Below, one piece after another: positions 18,937 through 27,517 of a DNA stretch of 54,722 bases; the first letter of the stretch is position 1; every line of letters begins with the position of its first letter. The stretch comes from a virus. Lineage: Duplodnaviria; Caudoviricetes. The notes under the pieces are model-generated. The model had not been told where the DNA came from, ran no database searches, and saw only the letters and a program-made list of their open reading frames with translations. The DNA lies in IMG/VR virus record IMGVR_UViG_3300049190_000028, positions 1 to 54,722 of that record; one strand, given 5' to 3'. A program made the translations under genes and the position numbers.

Positions 18937-19134
18937 TTAACCGGTCCGCTTGGTGGGCCTTTTGATGCGAACCGCGTCGGGGGCCTTCACCAGAAACCGA
19001 GCGATCTGCCCGGACTTCTGCAAAAGTGTCAGAGTGATTTCGGGGGAGTCAACCCCACCAGCACCCGTCAACGTCAAGGTCTCGCCGACCTTGACCTCGA
19101 TGGCCACCTGACGTGGTGTCGCGTCGTTCATCAT
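18937..19134 (-). CDS. CsrA/RsmA-like RNA-binding protein (65 aa)
   Basis: VKVGETLTL...ITLTLLQKSGQIARFLVKAPDAVRIKR aligns by eye to CsrA RRVGETLMI...[27 protein letters not shown]; ATG overlaps scaffold stop. Confidence 0.7.
   Translation of the reverse strand: MMNDATPRQVAIEVKVGETLTLTGAGGVDSPEITLTLLQKSGQIARFLVKAPDAVRIKRPTKRTG
19025..19061 (-). promoter_or_regulatory. Putative late promoter copy 3 (capsid), inside the csrA-like gene
   Basis: CTGGTGGGG-TTGACT-N16-GACACT. Confidence 0.6.
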
Positions 19135-20120
19135 TCGTCCAGCATCCTGGCCTTCTGGGCCGGGCTCAGGCGGTTGAAGGCATCCTGGTAGTCCTGCCCC
19201 TTCAGGTTGGCCAGCGCGTCGAGCGCATCGCCGCCCGTGTTCGGCGTGGAGGCCGACGGCAGGGTGCGCAGCGTCGTCGGGACCGCCGGCGTGGTGCGCT
19301 TGCCAGCAGCAGGCGCAGCAGGGCTCTCGGCAGGCGACGCAGCAGCGGCCGGCGCCGGCGCAGCCTTGACGCCTCGCACAGCGCACAGCGCGTCATGGGC
19401 CAGGCGTGCCAGCTGCTGGAAGGTCTTGCCCTCGTTCGCCGGGTCGCCCGCGACCGCGTGCAGCATGCGGTCGTAGGCCGCACCGACTTTGGCGTCGCTG
19501 TAGTCGAGCTGACCAGCCGCCTTCGAATCCGCCGCCAGCGAGGTCAGCACGCGGGTCTGGTGGCGCACCAGCGCCTGGCGGTTCATGTCGGCAATGGTCT
19601 GCGCCTGCGTCTCCTCGCGGATCAGCTCGGTCTGCTGGTCGCGCAGTCCACGCAGCTCCTTCCGACGGTCCTCGTCGGTGAGTTCGCCCTTGGCCCACCT
19701 CTCTTCGATGGCGTCCTCGGCTGCTGCCAGCTTCTGGCGCTCGGCCTTGAAGTCCTTATCGCTGACCTGCAGCACGTCCGGCTCGACGTCCAGGTCGTCG
19801 CCGGCCACCGCGGCCAGCGCCTCGGCGTCGAGCGCGGGTTCGTCCTTCGGCACCGCCTGGGTGTCGGCAGCGGCCGCTTCCGCACCTGCAGCCGCAGCAG
19901 CGTCGGTTTCGCCGTCGGCCTGGCTGGCCGCCGCAGCCGCGACATCGGCAGCTGCGTCGGCTTCCTCGCTGGCGGCCGCATCGGATTCGGTCGCGCCACC
20001 TTCGTCGTCCGGGTCGTCGTTGTCGCCCAGCGGATCCTCGCCACGCGCGATGGCCTCGGCGATCTTGCTGGCGAGTACTTCGGAGGCGGACTGGCCGCCC
20101 GTGGTGTTCATTTGCATCAT
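19131..20120 (-). CDS. Capsid scaffolding protein
   Basis: Acidic N-terminus and coiled coil; lies between portal and capsid. Confidence 0.8.
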   Translation of the reverse strand: MMQMNTTGGQSASEVLASKIAEAIARGEDPLGDNDDPDDEGGATESDAAASEEADAAADVAAAAASQADGETDAAAAAGAEAAAADTQAVPKDEPALDAEALAAVAGDDLDVEPDVLQVSDKDFKAERQKLAAAEDAIEERWAKGELTDEDRRKELRGLRDQQTELIREETQAQTIADMNRQALVRHQTRVLTSLAADSKAAGQLDYSDAKVGAAYDRMLHAVAGDPANEGKTFQQLARLAHDALCAVRGVKAAPAPAAAASPAESPAAPAAGKRTTPAVPTTLRTLPSASTPNTGGDALDALANLKGQDYQDAFNRLSPAQKARMLDE

Positions 20121-20133
20121 GTGCTCCTGGTGG

Positions 20134-20337
20134 TTACTTGCCGTCGGCCACGGCCGCTGTCGCGTCCGTCACCTTCTTGAGGTTGGCCAGCTCCTCGCGC
20201 GCCGCAGCCTTCGCCTTGGCATGGCGGGCCTTGTCGCGCTTGATCTCCTCGGCCCTGGCCAGGGTCCGCATGTCGTCTTGGATTTGCCAGTTCGGATCCG
20301 GGCCGATGCAGCAACCCGTCGACTTCTTTGACATCAC
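20134..20337 (-). CDS. Small phage protein
   Basis: WQIQDDMRTLARAEEIKRD; coupled to portal. Confidence 0.65.
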   Translation of the reverse strand: MMSKKSTGCCIGPDPNWQIQDDMRTLARAEEIKRDKARHAKAKAAAREELANLKKVTDATAAVADGK

Positions 20338-22529
20338 ATCGCTCCTTGTGCGACGCCATCCGGCGCCATGGTTTCAATACCTCGCATGGCGCCGTCCGCC
20401 TGCAGAGGTTCGGGAACGGAAGGCCCGGGCTGGGCCTGGGCCGGCTGCTGCGCAACAGCGCCGCCGTCGCGGTCTTCGAAGCCGGCCGACTTCAGCAGCT
20501 GGTCCGCGACCGGCATGGCGCCGGGAATCTGCACAGCGACCTGCGCGGCCTGGGCGGCCATGTAGATCGTCTCCAGCCGCTTGGCCATGCCCTCGGCTTC
20601 CAGCTTCTCGCCCTTGGCCTGCGCCTCCAGGACGGTCGCCTTCAGCTGTGCCATGTGCGCCTCGAACTCGGCCTTCGCCTTCGCGGCCGCCATTTGCTGG
20701 GCCTGCTGCTGCTCGGGCGTCAGCTTGCCGTCGGGCGAGCTCTGGCCTGTGACCTGGCGGATGCGCTGCAGGATCAGCGCCTTCTTCGGCAGGTTCGGGT
20801 GGATCTCGAACAGCACATCCAGCATGGCGATGACCACGTTCGGCGCCGCGGCGGCCAGCTGCGTGAAGACCTGCATCAGCTGCTCGAAGGCGGCCTCGGC
20901 GTAGTTCTGCTTCCAGGCCTGCTCGCTGACCACGAACCGCGACCGACGCTTCGTGATGTCGTTGCGGTAGCTGCCGTCCGCCTGCTGCTCGTTGATCTTC
21001 AGGAACTCATGCTTAGCGTCGCCGGGGATCGTGATGGTCCGGGGCGTCACCATGAACTGCTCCATCAGGCTCAGCACCATCTCGCCTTCCATCTGCCGGG
21101 CGAAGTACTGGTTGTCCACCAGCTGCGCCGTCAGGATCGAGCCCTGATCCGCCTTGGCGAGCACCGCCTTGCCGCTGGTCGCGTTCGAGTCGAGTCCGCG
21201 GTTCTCCGACGTCACGCCGGACGTCTGCCGCAAGTGCATGAGGTCGTGCTCGGCCAGCTGCAGCTGCCTCTGGGCCTTGCCAAGGTCATCGCGCTCCTGC
21301 ACCCTGCCTGCGGACAGCGCGCCATCGGCGAAGACGGCGATGCCGTTCGGGTCATCGAGTTCGGCCCGAATCTCCTCGATGTCCATCACTTCCGCGTCGA
21401 TGGCGGTCCTCTCCATCTTGACCTGGTTCTTTGCCGCCTCCCAGACCGAACGCCCCATCCGCATGTTCAGCGCGTCCTGCGGGCCGATCATGCGCACGAT
21501 TGGGCTGTAGGGCATGCCCGTCGACCGCTTGACGTAGGCGACGTACGGGATGAACGGGAACAGCTCATGCCGAAACGGGCTGACGTCGGTGTGCAGCACG
21601 TCGTGCTCGGTCATGATCGTGACTCTGATCTCCCAGGTGACGGGATCGCCCAGGCCCTCGTCGTCGAGCTTGCGCTTGATGGGCTCACGATGCCAGCACT
21701 CGACCAGCATCACGCGCTCGCGCGGGTTGAAGACGTCGACCGGCCGTGCGGTGTTGAACTCGTCGGGCTCCCAGCTGCCGTCGAAGTGATCCAGCCCAGA
21801 GATCAGTCCGCTGCCCAGCCAGGCGCCGAACGAGTTCAACTGGTCGCCCTCCTGCATGACGCGGCGCAGCTCCGTCTCCTTGTCCGGGAAGCAGGCGATA
21901 GCGACGTCCAGGTCCACGACCTTGATGCGGAAGTGATAGCGGCCATCGGTGAAACCGCGCTTGGTGGCCTGGCTGTCGTGCAGATGGTTGCGCCAGCTGT
22001 CGCCGCCGATGAACACGATCGGTCCAGAGCGATCGCCGCGAACGCCCACCTCCACCCAGCCCAGCCCCGCCTTCAGCTGCGACTGCACGGCGTCGCTGCG
22101 CTCGAACGACGCCTTGTTCGTCGCGTCGAGCCACTTCATGGTCTTGGTCTTCGCCTGCGCTTCGTCGGCGGCTTCCTCGCCCTCTTCCTCCGGCACGACG
22201 ACAAAGTCCGTGCGGTTGCGGATCTCCGTGCCGATCATCCAGTCGATGGCAGGCGCGATCTCGTTGTAGACGACAGGATCCTGGCCGCGGTCGCGCAGGT
22301 CGTCGGCGCGCTTGCGGGCGATCTGCTCGTTGTCGTAGTAGGCCTCGCACTTCGCCATCTGCCGACGGTTCGACGCCTGGCGGGTTGCCTCGTGGAAGAA
22401 CCAGCCGATCAGCCGGCGGTGCAGCGCCTCGTTCTTCTCCGCCTCGCTGGATGCGCGCTGCTGCAGCGCATCGGCGTGCGCGGCGCGGTCCTTCTTGGGA
22501 ATGGTGCGCTTGAGTTCAGGGCTTGCCAT
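20334..22529 (-). CDS. Portal protein (P22-like)
   Basis: AYYDNEQ, RGQDPVVYNEI, FPFIPY, PQDALN; C-terminal Gln-rich barrel. Confidence 0.92.
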   Translation of the reverse strand: MASPELKRTIPKKDRAAHADALQQRASSEAEKNEALHRRLIGWFFHEATRQASNRRQMAKCEAYYDNEQIARKRADDLRDRGQDPVVYNEIAPAIDWMIGTEIRNRTDFVVVPEEEGEEAADEAQAKTKTMKWLDATNKASFERSDAVQSQLKAGLGWVEVGVRGDRSGPIVFIGGDSWRNHLHDSQATKRGFTDGRYHFRIKVVDLDVAIACFPDKETELRRVMQEGDQLNSFGAWLGSGLISGLDHFDGSWEPDEFNTARPVDVFNPRERVMLVECWHREPIKRKLDDEGLGDPVTWEIRVTIMTEHDVLHTDVSPFRHELFPFIPYVAYVKRSTGMPYSPIVRMIGPQDALNMRMGRSVWEAAKNQVKMERTAIDAEVMDIEEIRAELDDPNGIAVFADGALSAGRVQERDDLGKAQRQLQLAEHDLMHLRQTSGVTSENRGLDSNATSGKAVLAKADQGSILTAQLVDNQYFARQMEGEMVLSLMEQFMVTPRTITIPGDAKHEFLKINEQQADGSYRNDITKRRSRFVVSEQAWKQNYAEAAFEQLMQVFTQLAAAAPNVVIAMLDVLFEIHPNLPKKALILQRIRQVTGQSSPDGKLTPEQQQAQQMAAAKAKAEFEAHMAQLKATVLEAQAKGEKLEAEGMAKRLETIYMAAQAAQVAVQIPGAMPVADQLLKSAGFEDRDGGAVAQQPAQAQPGPSVPEPLQADGAMRGIETMAPDGVAQGAM

Positions 22530-22530
22530 G

Positions 22531-23031
22531 TCAGACCGCCGCCTCGCTGATGACCTTGCCGGTGTTCTTGTCCTTCGCCGTCACCTCCCACATGGCCTGG
22601 CCCGCCATCTCGCGGCGGATGCTCCGCGGGGTGGGCGGCATGTGCACCAGCTCGGGCGCGAAGCGGACCACGCAATCGACCAGCGCCAGGAACGCTTGCT
22701 TGTCGTTGGCGTCCTTGCCCAGCACCTCGAGCGCCGCCAGGGCCTCGCGGTAGCAGTGCTCGGACGCGCCGCCTGTGCAGCGGCCGTCGTTCGTGAAGCC
22801 GATGAACTCGGTGATGGCGCGGCGGCTGATCACCCAGATGCCGTTGCCCTCGCCAGAGACGAACACGTTGCTGGCCGACCAGATGCACATGCACGGCGCG
22901 GCGCGGCGGTGATTGCCGACCCATTCGAGGCTCACGACAAAGCCGCGGTGCTCGAAGGTCTTCCAGGCGTGATCGCCACCGGCCGACCACATGGGCCGGC
23001 TGTCGGGCGTGAGGATGGGAGAGAGTTGCAT
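22531..23031 (-). CDS. Hypothetical protein between terminase and portal
   Basis: ORF tightly fills the gap. Confidence 0.7.
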   Translation of the reverse strand: MQLSPILTPDSRPMWSAGGDHAWKTFEHRGFVVSLEWVGNHRRAAPCMCIWSASNVFVSGEGNGIWVISRRAITEFIGFTNDGRCTGGASEHCYREALAALEVLGKDANDKQAFLALVDCVVRFAPELVHMPPTPRSIRREMAGQAMWEVTAKDKNTGKVISEAAV

Positions 23032-23033
23032 GC

Positions 23034-24677
23034 TTACCTCCAGCGCCTGTCGCGCTGCTTGAACCGTGAAAGGGAATCGCCGGCGGCCTGGGTGACTGGG
23101 CCCTGGTAGCCCTGCGCGAACTGGCGCCAGCCATCGGCACCATGGCTCGCCCAGTTGTGCAGCGGCTCGCTTGACCAGACGCCGCGCTTCTCATCCCAGA
23201 CGAATTGGTAGCCGTCCAGGCACCGGATGCCATGACCAGCGCCCATGTCCTCGCCGGCCTCGAAATCGGGCTTGCGCTCATCGAACCAGTGGTTGCCGCG
23301 CAGCGCCGAGCGCGTGATCTCGATGCCCTGGCCGATGGTGGCCACGCGCGGCACGACGACGATGGCGCCGCCCTCGCCGCGGCCCATGCCCAGGCCTTCC
23401 AAGATCCTTCGCTTGGTCGTCACGACCTCGCCCAGGATCTCGGCGTCGGCATCGTGCGGCAGGTAGTGGCGGCCCCAGACGTAGCCGTGGCGCTTGCGGT
23501 GCGCCTCGCACACCGTCAGCCACCAGTGGCGCAGGTCCTTGCCGTTGCCCTCGATGTAGTAGAACCAGCGGTGCTGCAGGCCGATCTGCTGGTGGAACCA
23601 GATCGTGTTGTTGTCCGAGAGGCCGAAGTCCCAGAAGGTGTCGACCGGGAAGTTGATGTCCAGCGGCACCGAGCCGATGCGGCCCTGCTCGCGCAGCCAT
23701 GTCATCTGCTCGCCGTAGACCGCTCCCTCGATGGCCTGCTCGAACGCTTCCTTGGGCGTCGCAGGGTATTCCTGCTTCATCTTCTTGCCCAAGGTCTCGG
23801 CCTTCTTGGCGTACCAGGCGCGCTGGTTCGCGTCGATGGTGATCCGCAGCTCGGCTTCCAGCTTGCGGAAGTACTGCTTCATGGCCGCCGGGATCTCGAC
23901 GACGGCCGTGTCCTCGTCGCTCAGGCGGTAGTCCTTGCAATCGAACCACGGATAGAAGTGCAGACGCCAGTCGAGCACCGTCTCGGGCATGCCGGCCTCG
24001 CGCCGCTTCATCGCCGGCTCGCACAACTCGTAGAACAGGCCGAAGGCGCCCTCGGCGGTGGACTCGACCACGATGCAGCCGTCCTGCGGCACCGCCTCGA
24101 AGGCGCCTGTCTTGATTTCCTCGGCGCGCTGGGGGAACTTGAGTGCGATCTTTCCGAGCTCGGAGACGTGCAGCAGCTGCACGGTGCCGCCGCGAGCCGA
24201 CACGCTCACGCTGATCGTGCTCGGGTGCAGCTTGCCCTCGGCGTCCAGGTGCCCGAAGGTGATCTCGCTGCCCTGGGTCTTCTTGTGGACCGGAAACATG
24301 CCCTTCAGCAGGTCGGGCAGATGGTCGTAGGCGAACTCGACTTTCTTGAACAGCTTGCCGGCGTTCGGCAGCGTGTCCGCTATGACCACGCAGTTGAAGT
24401 CGCGGTTGAACAGCGCCTGGTCCAGCTCCAGGATCTGCATGAGCGTCGAGAAGCCCAGCTGGCGGGCCTTCAGGATCAGGTTCCGGTACCAGAGCCGCGA
24501 CACAAAATCGCGCTGCTGGTCGTTCATGCAGAACGGCACCGGCTTGGCGTCCTTGTTGACGATCCAGTACAAGTTGTCCAGGCGCCAGTTCAGATCGTCG
24601 AGCCGCGCATCGGGCCCGAGCATGGCTTCGATGTTGATCGCCAGCTCGCCGCCGGCCTCGATCTCCGTCACTTCCAC
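23034..24677 (-). CDS. terL: Terminase large subunit
   Basis: LKARQLGFST Walker A, LLHVSE Walker B, VESTAEG, WDFG, HNWASHGAD nuclease motifs. Confidence 0.95.
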   Translation of the reverse strand: MEVTEIEAGGELAINIEAMLGPDARLDDLNWRLDNLYWIVNKDAKPVPFCMNDQQRDFVSRLWYRNLILKARQLGFSTLMQILELDQALFNRDFNCVVIADTLPNAGKLFKKVEFAYDHLPDLLKGMFPVHKKTQGSEITFGHLDAEGKLHPSTISVSVSARGGTVQLLHVSELGKIALKFPQRAEEIKTGAFEAVPQDGCIVVESTAEGAFGLFYELCEPAMKRREAGMPETVLDWRLHFYPWFDCKDYRLSDEDTAVVEIPAAMKQYFRKLEAELRITIDANQRAWYAKKAETLGKKMKQEYPATPKEAFEQAIEGAVYGEQMTWLREQGRIGSVPLDINFPVDTFWDFGLSDNNTIWFHQQIGLQHRWFYYIEGNGKDLRHWWLTVCEAHRKRHGYVWGRHYLPHDADAEILGEVVTTKRRILEGLGMGRGEGGAIVVVPRVATIGQGIEITRSALRGNHWFDERKPDFEAGEDMGAGHGIRCLDGYQFVWDEKRGVWSSEPLHNWASHGADGWRQFAQGYQGPVTQAAGDSLSRFKQRDRRWR

Positions 24678-25606
24678 GTCTTGCCCTTCTGGCCGCCCAG
24701 CGGCGGCTTCAGGTCAGCGGTGGCTTTCGGCGCCGCGATGGGCAGCCGGCCGCCCTGGCGCGAGTGGATGCCCGCAGCGAAGGCCGTCAGCATGTCGCCC
24801 AGGCCCTTGCCCTTCTGCTCGTTGTCCTTCTCGTAGATGCCCAGATGGCGAGCGATCTTCTCCGCCGCGTCGAGCTTCGAATGCATCTTGACCTCGATGC
24901 CCTTCTCCGTCTCCTTGATGCCCGCATACAGCGCGGCGGCCTGCGGGCTCAAGTTGCGCGTGTCCTTGATGAACGTGCGGCCGCGCCCGGCGCCCAGGCA
25001 TTCCGGGCAATCGGGATGAGGTTCCAGGCGCGGATCGAAGCCGAAGCCGCCCGCGTCGGATGGGAGCCGCAGCGTTGGCTCCGGTTCACCCGGCCGCCGG
25101 GATGCACGCTTCTTCTCGTACTCCACCAGCGCCGTCTCGTGCGCGACCTCAAACTCCTCCTGCGTCTTCCACTGGTGCGCGTGGCCGATGCCATGGCAGT
25201 GGCGGCAGCACAGCACGATGTGCGAGACCAGCTCACGCGGATCAGCGATCACGACGTTCCAGATCTCCGCCAGCAGCGCCTCGCGCGTGATCTCCAGCTT
25301 CTTGGCCGTTTTGGCCCGCTCAGAAGCGATGAAAGCGGCCACACTAGGGTTAGCTAGTAGTCGGCAACCCTCGACGTTCGCGGTCGATGCCTTCACGCCT
25401 GGGAAGGCGCGCAGATAGGCCTGCGTGGCGTTCAGGTCGATCAGGTACTCGTGGGCGAAGCGCTCCGCCTTTGGGGTCAGTTGCTCTGCGAGCGACAGCT
25501 TCTTGCCCGGTCGCGCTGGAGCCGCTGCCTTGGGCTTCGCCTTGGCTGCTGGCTTCTTCGCGGGGGCGGCCTTCTTGGCGGCGGGCTTGGTCTTAGCGGT
25601 CGCCAT
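24668..25606 (-). CDS. terS: Terminase small subunit with Zn-finger insertion
   Basis: FAHEYLIDLNATQAYLRA HTH; CRHCHG / CPECLGAG; KMHSKLDA...RHLG. Confidence 0.88.
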   Translation of the reverse strand: MATAKTKPAAKKAAPAKKPAAKAKPKAAAPARPGKKLSLAEQLTPKAERFAHEYLIDLNATQAYLRAFPGVKASTANVEGCRLLANPSVAAFIASERAKTAKKLEITREALLAEIWNVVIADPRELVSHIVLCCRHCHGIGHAHQWKTQEEFEVAHETALVEYEKKRASRRPGEPEPTLRLPSDAGGFGFDPRLEPHPDCPECLGAGRGRTFIKDTRNLSPQAAALYAGIKETEKGIEVKMHSKLDAAEKIARHLGIYEKDNEQKGKGLGDMLTAFAAGIHSRQGGRLPIAAPKATADLKPPLGGQKGKTWK

Positions 25607-25760
25607 GGCTTTCCGCTTTGGCCCAGATGCGCTCGATCTGGGCGGCCTCGTGCCGGGGGAGCTGCTGGCGCCTCTCTGCGGCTTGGCGCAGGACGGCGGA
25701 GTAGATGTTCTCGCGGGGCGGGGGCTGCTGTGCGCTCAGGCACTCATGCGCGGTGGGCAT
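25593..25760 (-). CDS. Small leader ORF upstream of terS (55 aa)
   Basis: ATG 7 nt after the -10 of late promoter 4; overlaps the terS start. Confidence 0.4.
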   Translation of the reverse strand: MPTAHECLSAQQPPPRENIYSAVLRQAAERRQQLPRHEAAQIERIWAKAESHGDR

Positions 25761-25767
25761 GAGCAGC

Positions 25768-25804
25768 ATTGCAAGGGTGAAAGGTCGAATGTCAACCCGT
25801 GCAG
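25768..25804 (-). promoter_or_regulatory. Putative late promoter copy 4 (terminase/head operon)
   Basis: CTGCACGGG-TTGACA-N16-TGCAAT. Confidence 0.75.
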
Positions 25805-25857
25805 AATGCCTGCGCGGCTTGCATCGGGCCGCTGACAACCTATCAGGAGGGACCCCA

Positions 25858-26310
25858 ATGCAGGCAATCATGTGGAACGCGGAGCGGGAGCGGTCGCTCG
25901 CGCGCCAGATCGAACGGGTGAAGCAAACCTTCGCAGACTTTCAAGGAGCAGTCGATTACTTGAAAAGCGAGCCATGCAAGTTGAAGGGCATCGAACTAGA
26001 GCTCGCGCCGAACAATTCACTCATGCGGATCGCATACGAGCAGATCGAGTTGGAACTGCGCCTGACCTACTTGCGCTCGACGACCTTGGGCGTCATCGGT
26101 CGCGTGTCTGCGGTGCTCACCAAGCATCCGCTCGATGCCAGCAGGCCGATCCTTGAACGCTTCCAGATCGACCGCGATGGCAACTGCCATGTGACGGGGA
26201 CGACAGACGCCGACGATCAGCGGCTGAGCCGCTGGGCATCCGACATAGTCATGACGCTCGTCGAGCGAGCCCTCATGCACGAACCCGCTGATGGCGCAAA
26301 AGTGCCCTGA
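25858..26310 (+). CDS. Counter-oriented moron, hypothetical protein (150 aa)
   Basis: AGGAGG RBS, lower GC, opposite strand. Confidence 0.75.
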   Translation: MQAIMWNAERERSLARQIERVKQTFADFQGAVDYLKSEPCKLKGIELELAPNNSLMRIAYEQIELELRLTYLRSTTLGVIGRVSAVLTKHPLDASRPILERFQIDRDGNCHVTGTTDADDQRLSRWASDIVMTLVERALMHEPADGAKVP

Positions 26311-26468
26311 GGGTGCCCGGTTCGCTAGTTTCCAGCCGGGCGCTGGCTTGAAAAGGGTCAGGCTTTCCGGCGTGCAACCGCCGTCGCGTCACAAGACCAC
26401 AGCAGACCACCTCACGGACTAGCCCTGGTGCGCCCACCCACCGAACCCGGCCCCGCGTGGCTCTGTGT
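26311..26468 (-). ncRNA. Putative structured ncRNA (~155 nt)
   Basis: Directly downstream of late promoter 5; no credible ORF; nested long-range stems and internal hairpins. Confidence 0.5.
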
Positions 26469-26474
26469 GTGGTG

Positions 26475-26511
26475 ATTGCAAGAGCAGAAGGCCAGAAGTC
26501 AACCCGTATCA
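26475..26511 (-). promoter_or_regulatory. Putative late promoter copy 5
   Basis: TGATACGGG-TTGACT-N16-TGCAAT. Confidence 0.7.
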
Positions 26512-26724
26512 GAGCCCGCCGCGCATGACCCACTCGCGCGCCTGCTCGACCAGGAACAGGGCGTCAGCGCGTGTCATCTGCGACGACCGCACCGCCAGCA
26601 CGCCCGCGGGGTCATAGCCGATGACCAGCACGTCGCTCAGGTCCATCTGCAGCGCCGAATGCAGCGCCTGCTCAGGCTTGAACGATGTCGACGCGGGAAG
26701 CTCGACGACCTTGGCGCTGTTCAT
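26509..26724 (-). CDS. Small hypothetical protein (nin region)
   Basis: Coupled ORF. Confidence 0.65.
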   Translation of the reverse strand: MNSAKVVELPASTSFKPEQALHSALQMDLSDVLVIGYDPAGVLAVRSSQMTRADALFLVEQAREWVMRGGL

Positions 26725-26945
26725 GGCACTGCCCTTCCGGCATCGCCAGCCAACAGGCCGGCGTTGATGAGGTTGACCCAGTCAACCTGGTGGGTGTCGG
26801 GCTGCGTGGCCCGGATGTCGAAGAGGCGCACGCGAGGTGAGCGCTCTGGTGCCAGGCCGCGCTTTGCAGCGCAGGTCGGGCCGATGGCGATGCCCGGTAC
26901 AGCGCAGTGCAGCAGCGGGCGGTTGCAGATGGAGCAGCGCATCAC
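26721..26945 (-). CDS. Small Zn-finger protein
   Basis: CSICNRPL...IGPTCA. Confidence 0.6.
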   Translation of the reverse strand: MMRCSICNRPLLHCAVPGIAIGPTCAAKRGLAPERSPRVRLFDIRATQPDTHQVDWVNLINAGLLAGDAGRAVP

Positions 26946-27517
26946 GCTGGCTCCCCGCGCTTCACCAGACGCCAGTCGTCACCGTCCGCCTCGAGCACGT
27001 CGCCAGCGCCGTTGCAGTTCCAGCAGTGGTAGTGCTTGCCGCGCCTCTCCCACGAGTCGTGGTGGCATATGCCACAGACGACGCGATCCTTCCATCCGTC
27101 TGGCCGCCGGCGCGTCAGCATGACCAAGTCGCCGATGGCGTCGCTGGGCAACGCGGGCCGCAGGCCATCTGTCAGTCGCATGAGCTCGTCATCGGCCGCA
27201 AACGCGATCTCCACGCCCCACGGGCCGCGCCGCTGCGTGCAGATGTACCTTACGCGGTCCGAATGCTTGTCGTCCACGCCCAACCACGCGGCGACCTGGT
27301 CGCGCACCGCCTTGAGTGCGCCGGCCAGGTTGTCGTCGTCGAGCCCGTTCGATGGCGCCGTGCGAGTCAGCGTGACAACGCACGGAAGCGCCGGCTTCGG
27401 AACTCCGACGAGCATCCACGCGACGGCTTGGCGCTCCGCCTTCACGCGCCGGGCCCTCGCGCGCCAGTGCTCGCGGACATTCATTCCAGGCACGGTGCGC
27501 ATGTCGACACGGATCAT
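26942..27517 (-). CDS. RusA-like Holliday junction resolvase with C-terminal Zn ribbon
   Basis: LDDDNLAGALKAVRD RusA-type acidic/Lys motif; CGIC...CWNC. Confidence 0.65.
   Translation of the reverse strand: MIRVDMRTVPGMNVREHWRARARRVKAERQAVAWMLVGVPKPALPCVVTLTRTAPSNGLDDDNLAGALKAVRDQVAAWLGVDDKHSDRVRYICTQRRGPWGVEIAFAADDELMRLTDGLRPALPSDAIGDLVMLTRRRPDGWKDRVVCGICHHDSWERRGKHYHCWNCNGAGDVLEADGDDWRLVKRGEPA

Noticed and set aside
125-24836. Long plus-strand ORFs (e.g. 761-1963, 7067-9724, 20328-22550, 23205-24836)
   Set aside because: Antisense shadows of real minus-strand genes, typical of high-GC DNA; no motifs
26321-26425. Type III hammerhead ribozyme (GCUAGUC...GAAACUAGC)
   Set aside because: Stem III and GAAA are mimicked, but there is no CUGANGA core (only CUGACCC) and no stem I
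26771-26787. GGTTGAC-CCA-GTCAACC as a sixth late promoter
   Set aside because: No -10-like hexamer at 16-bp spacing; lies within coding sequence
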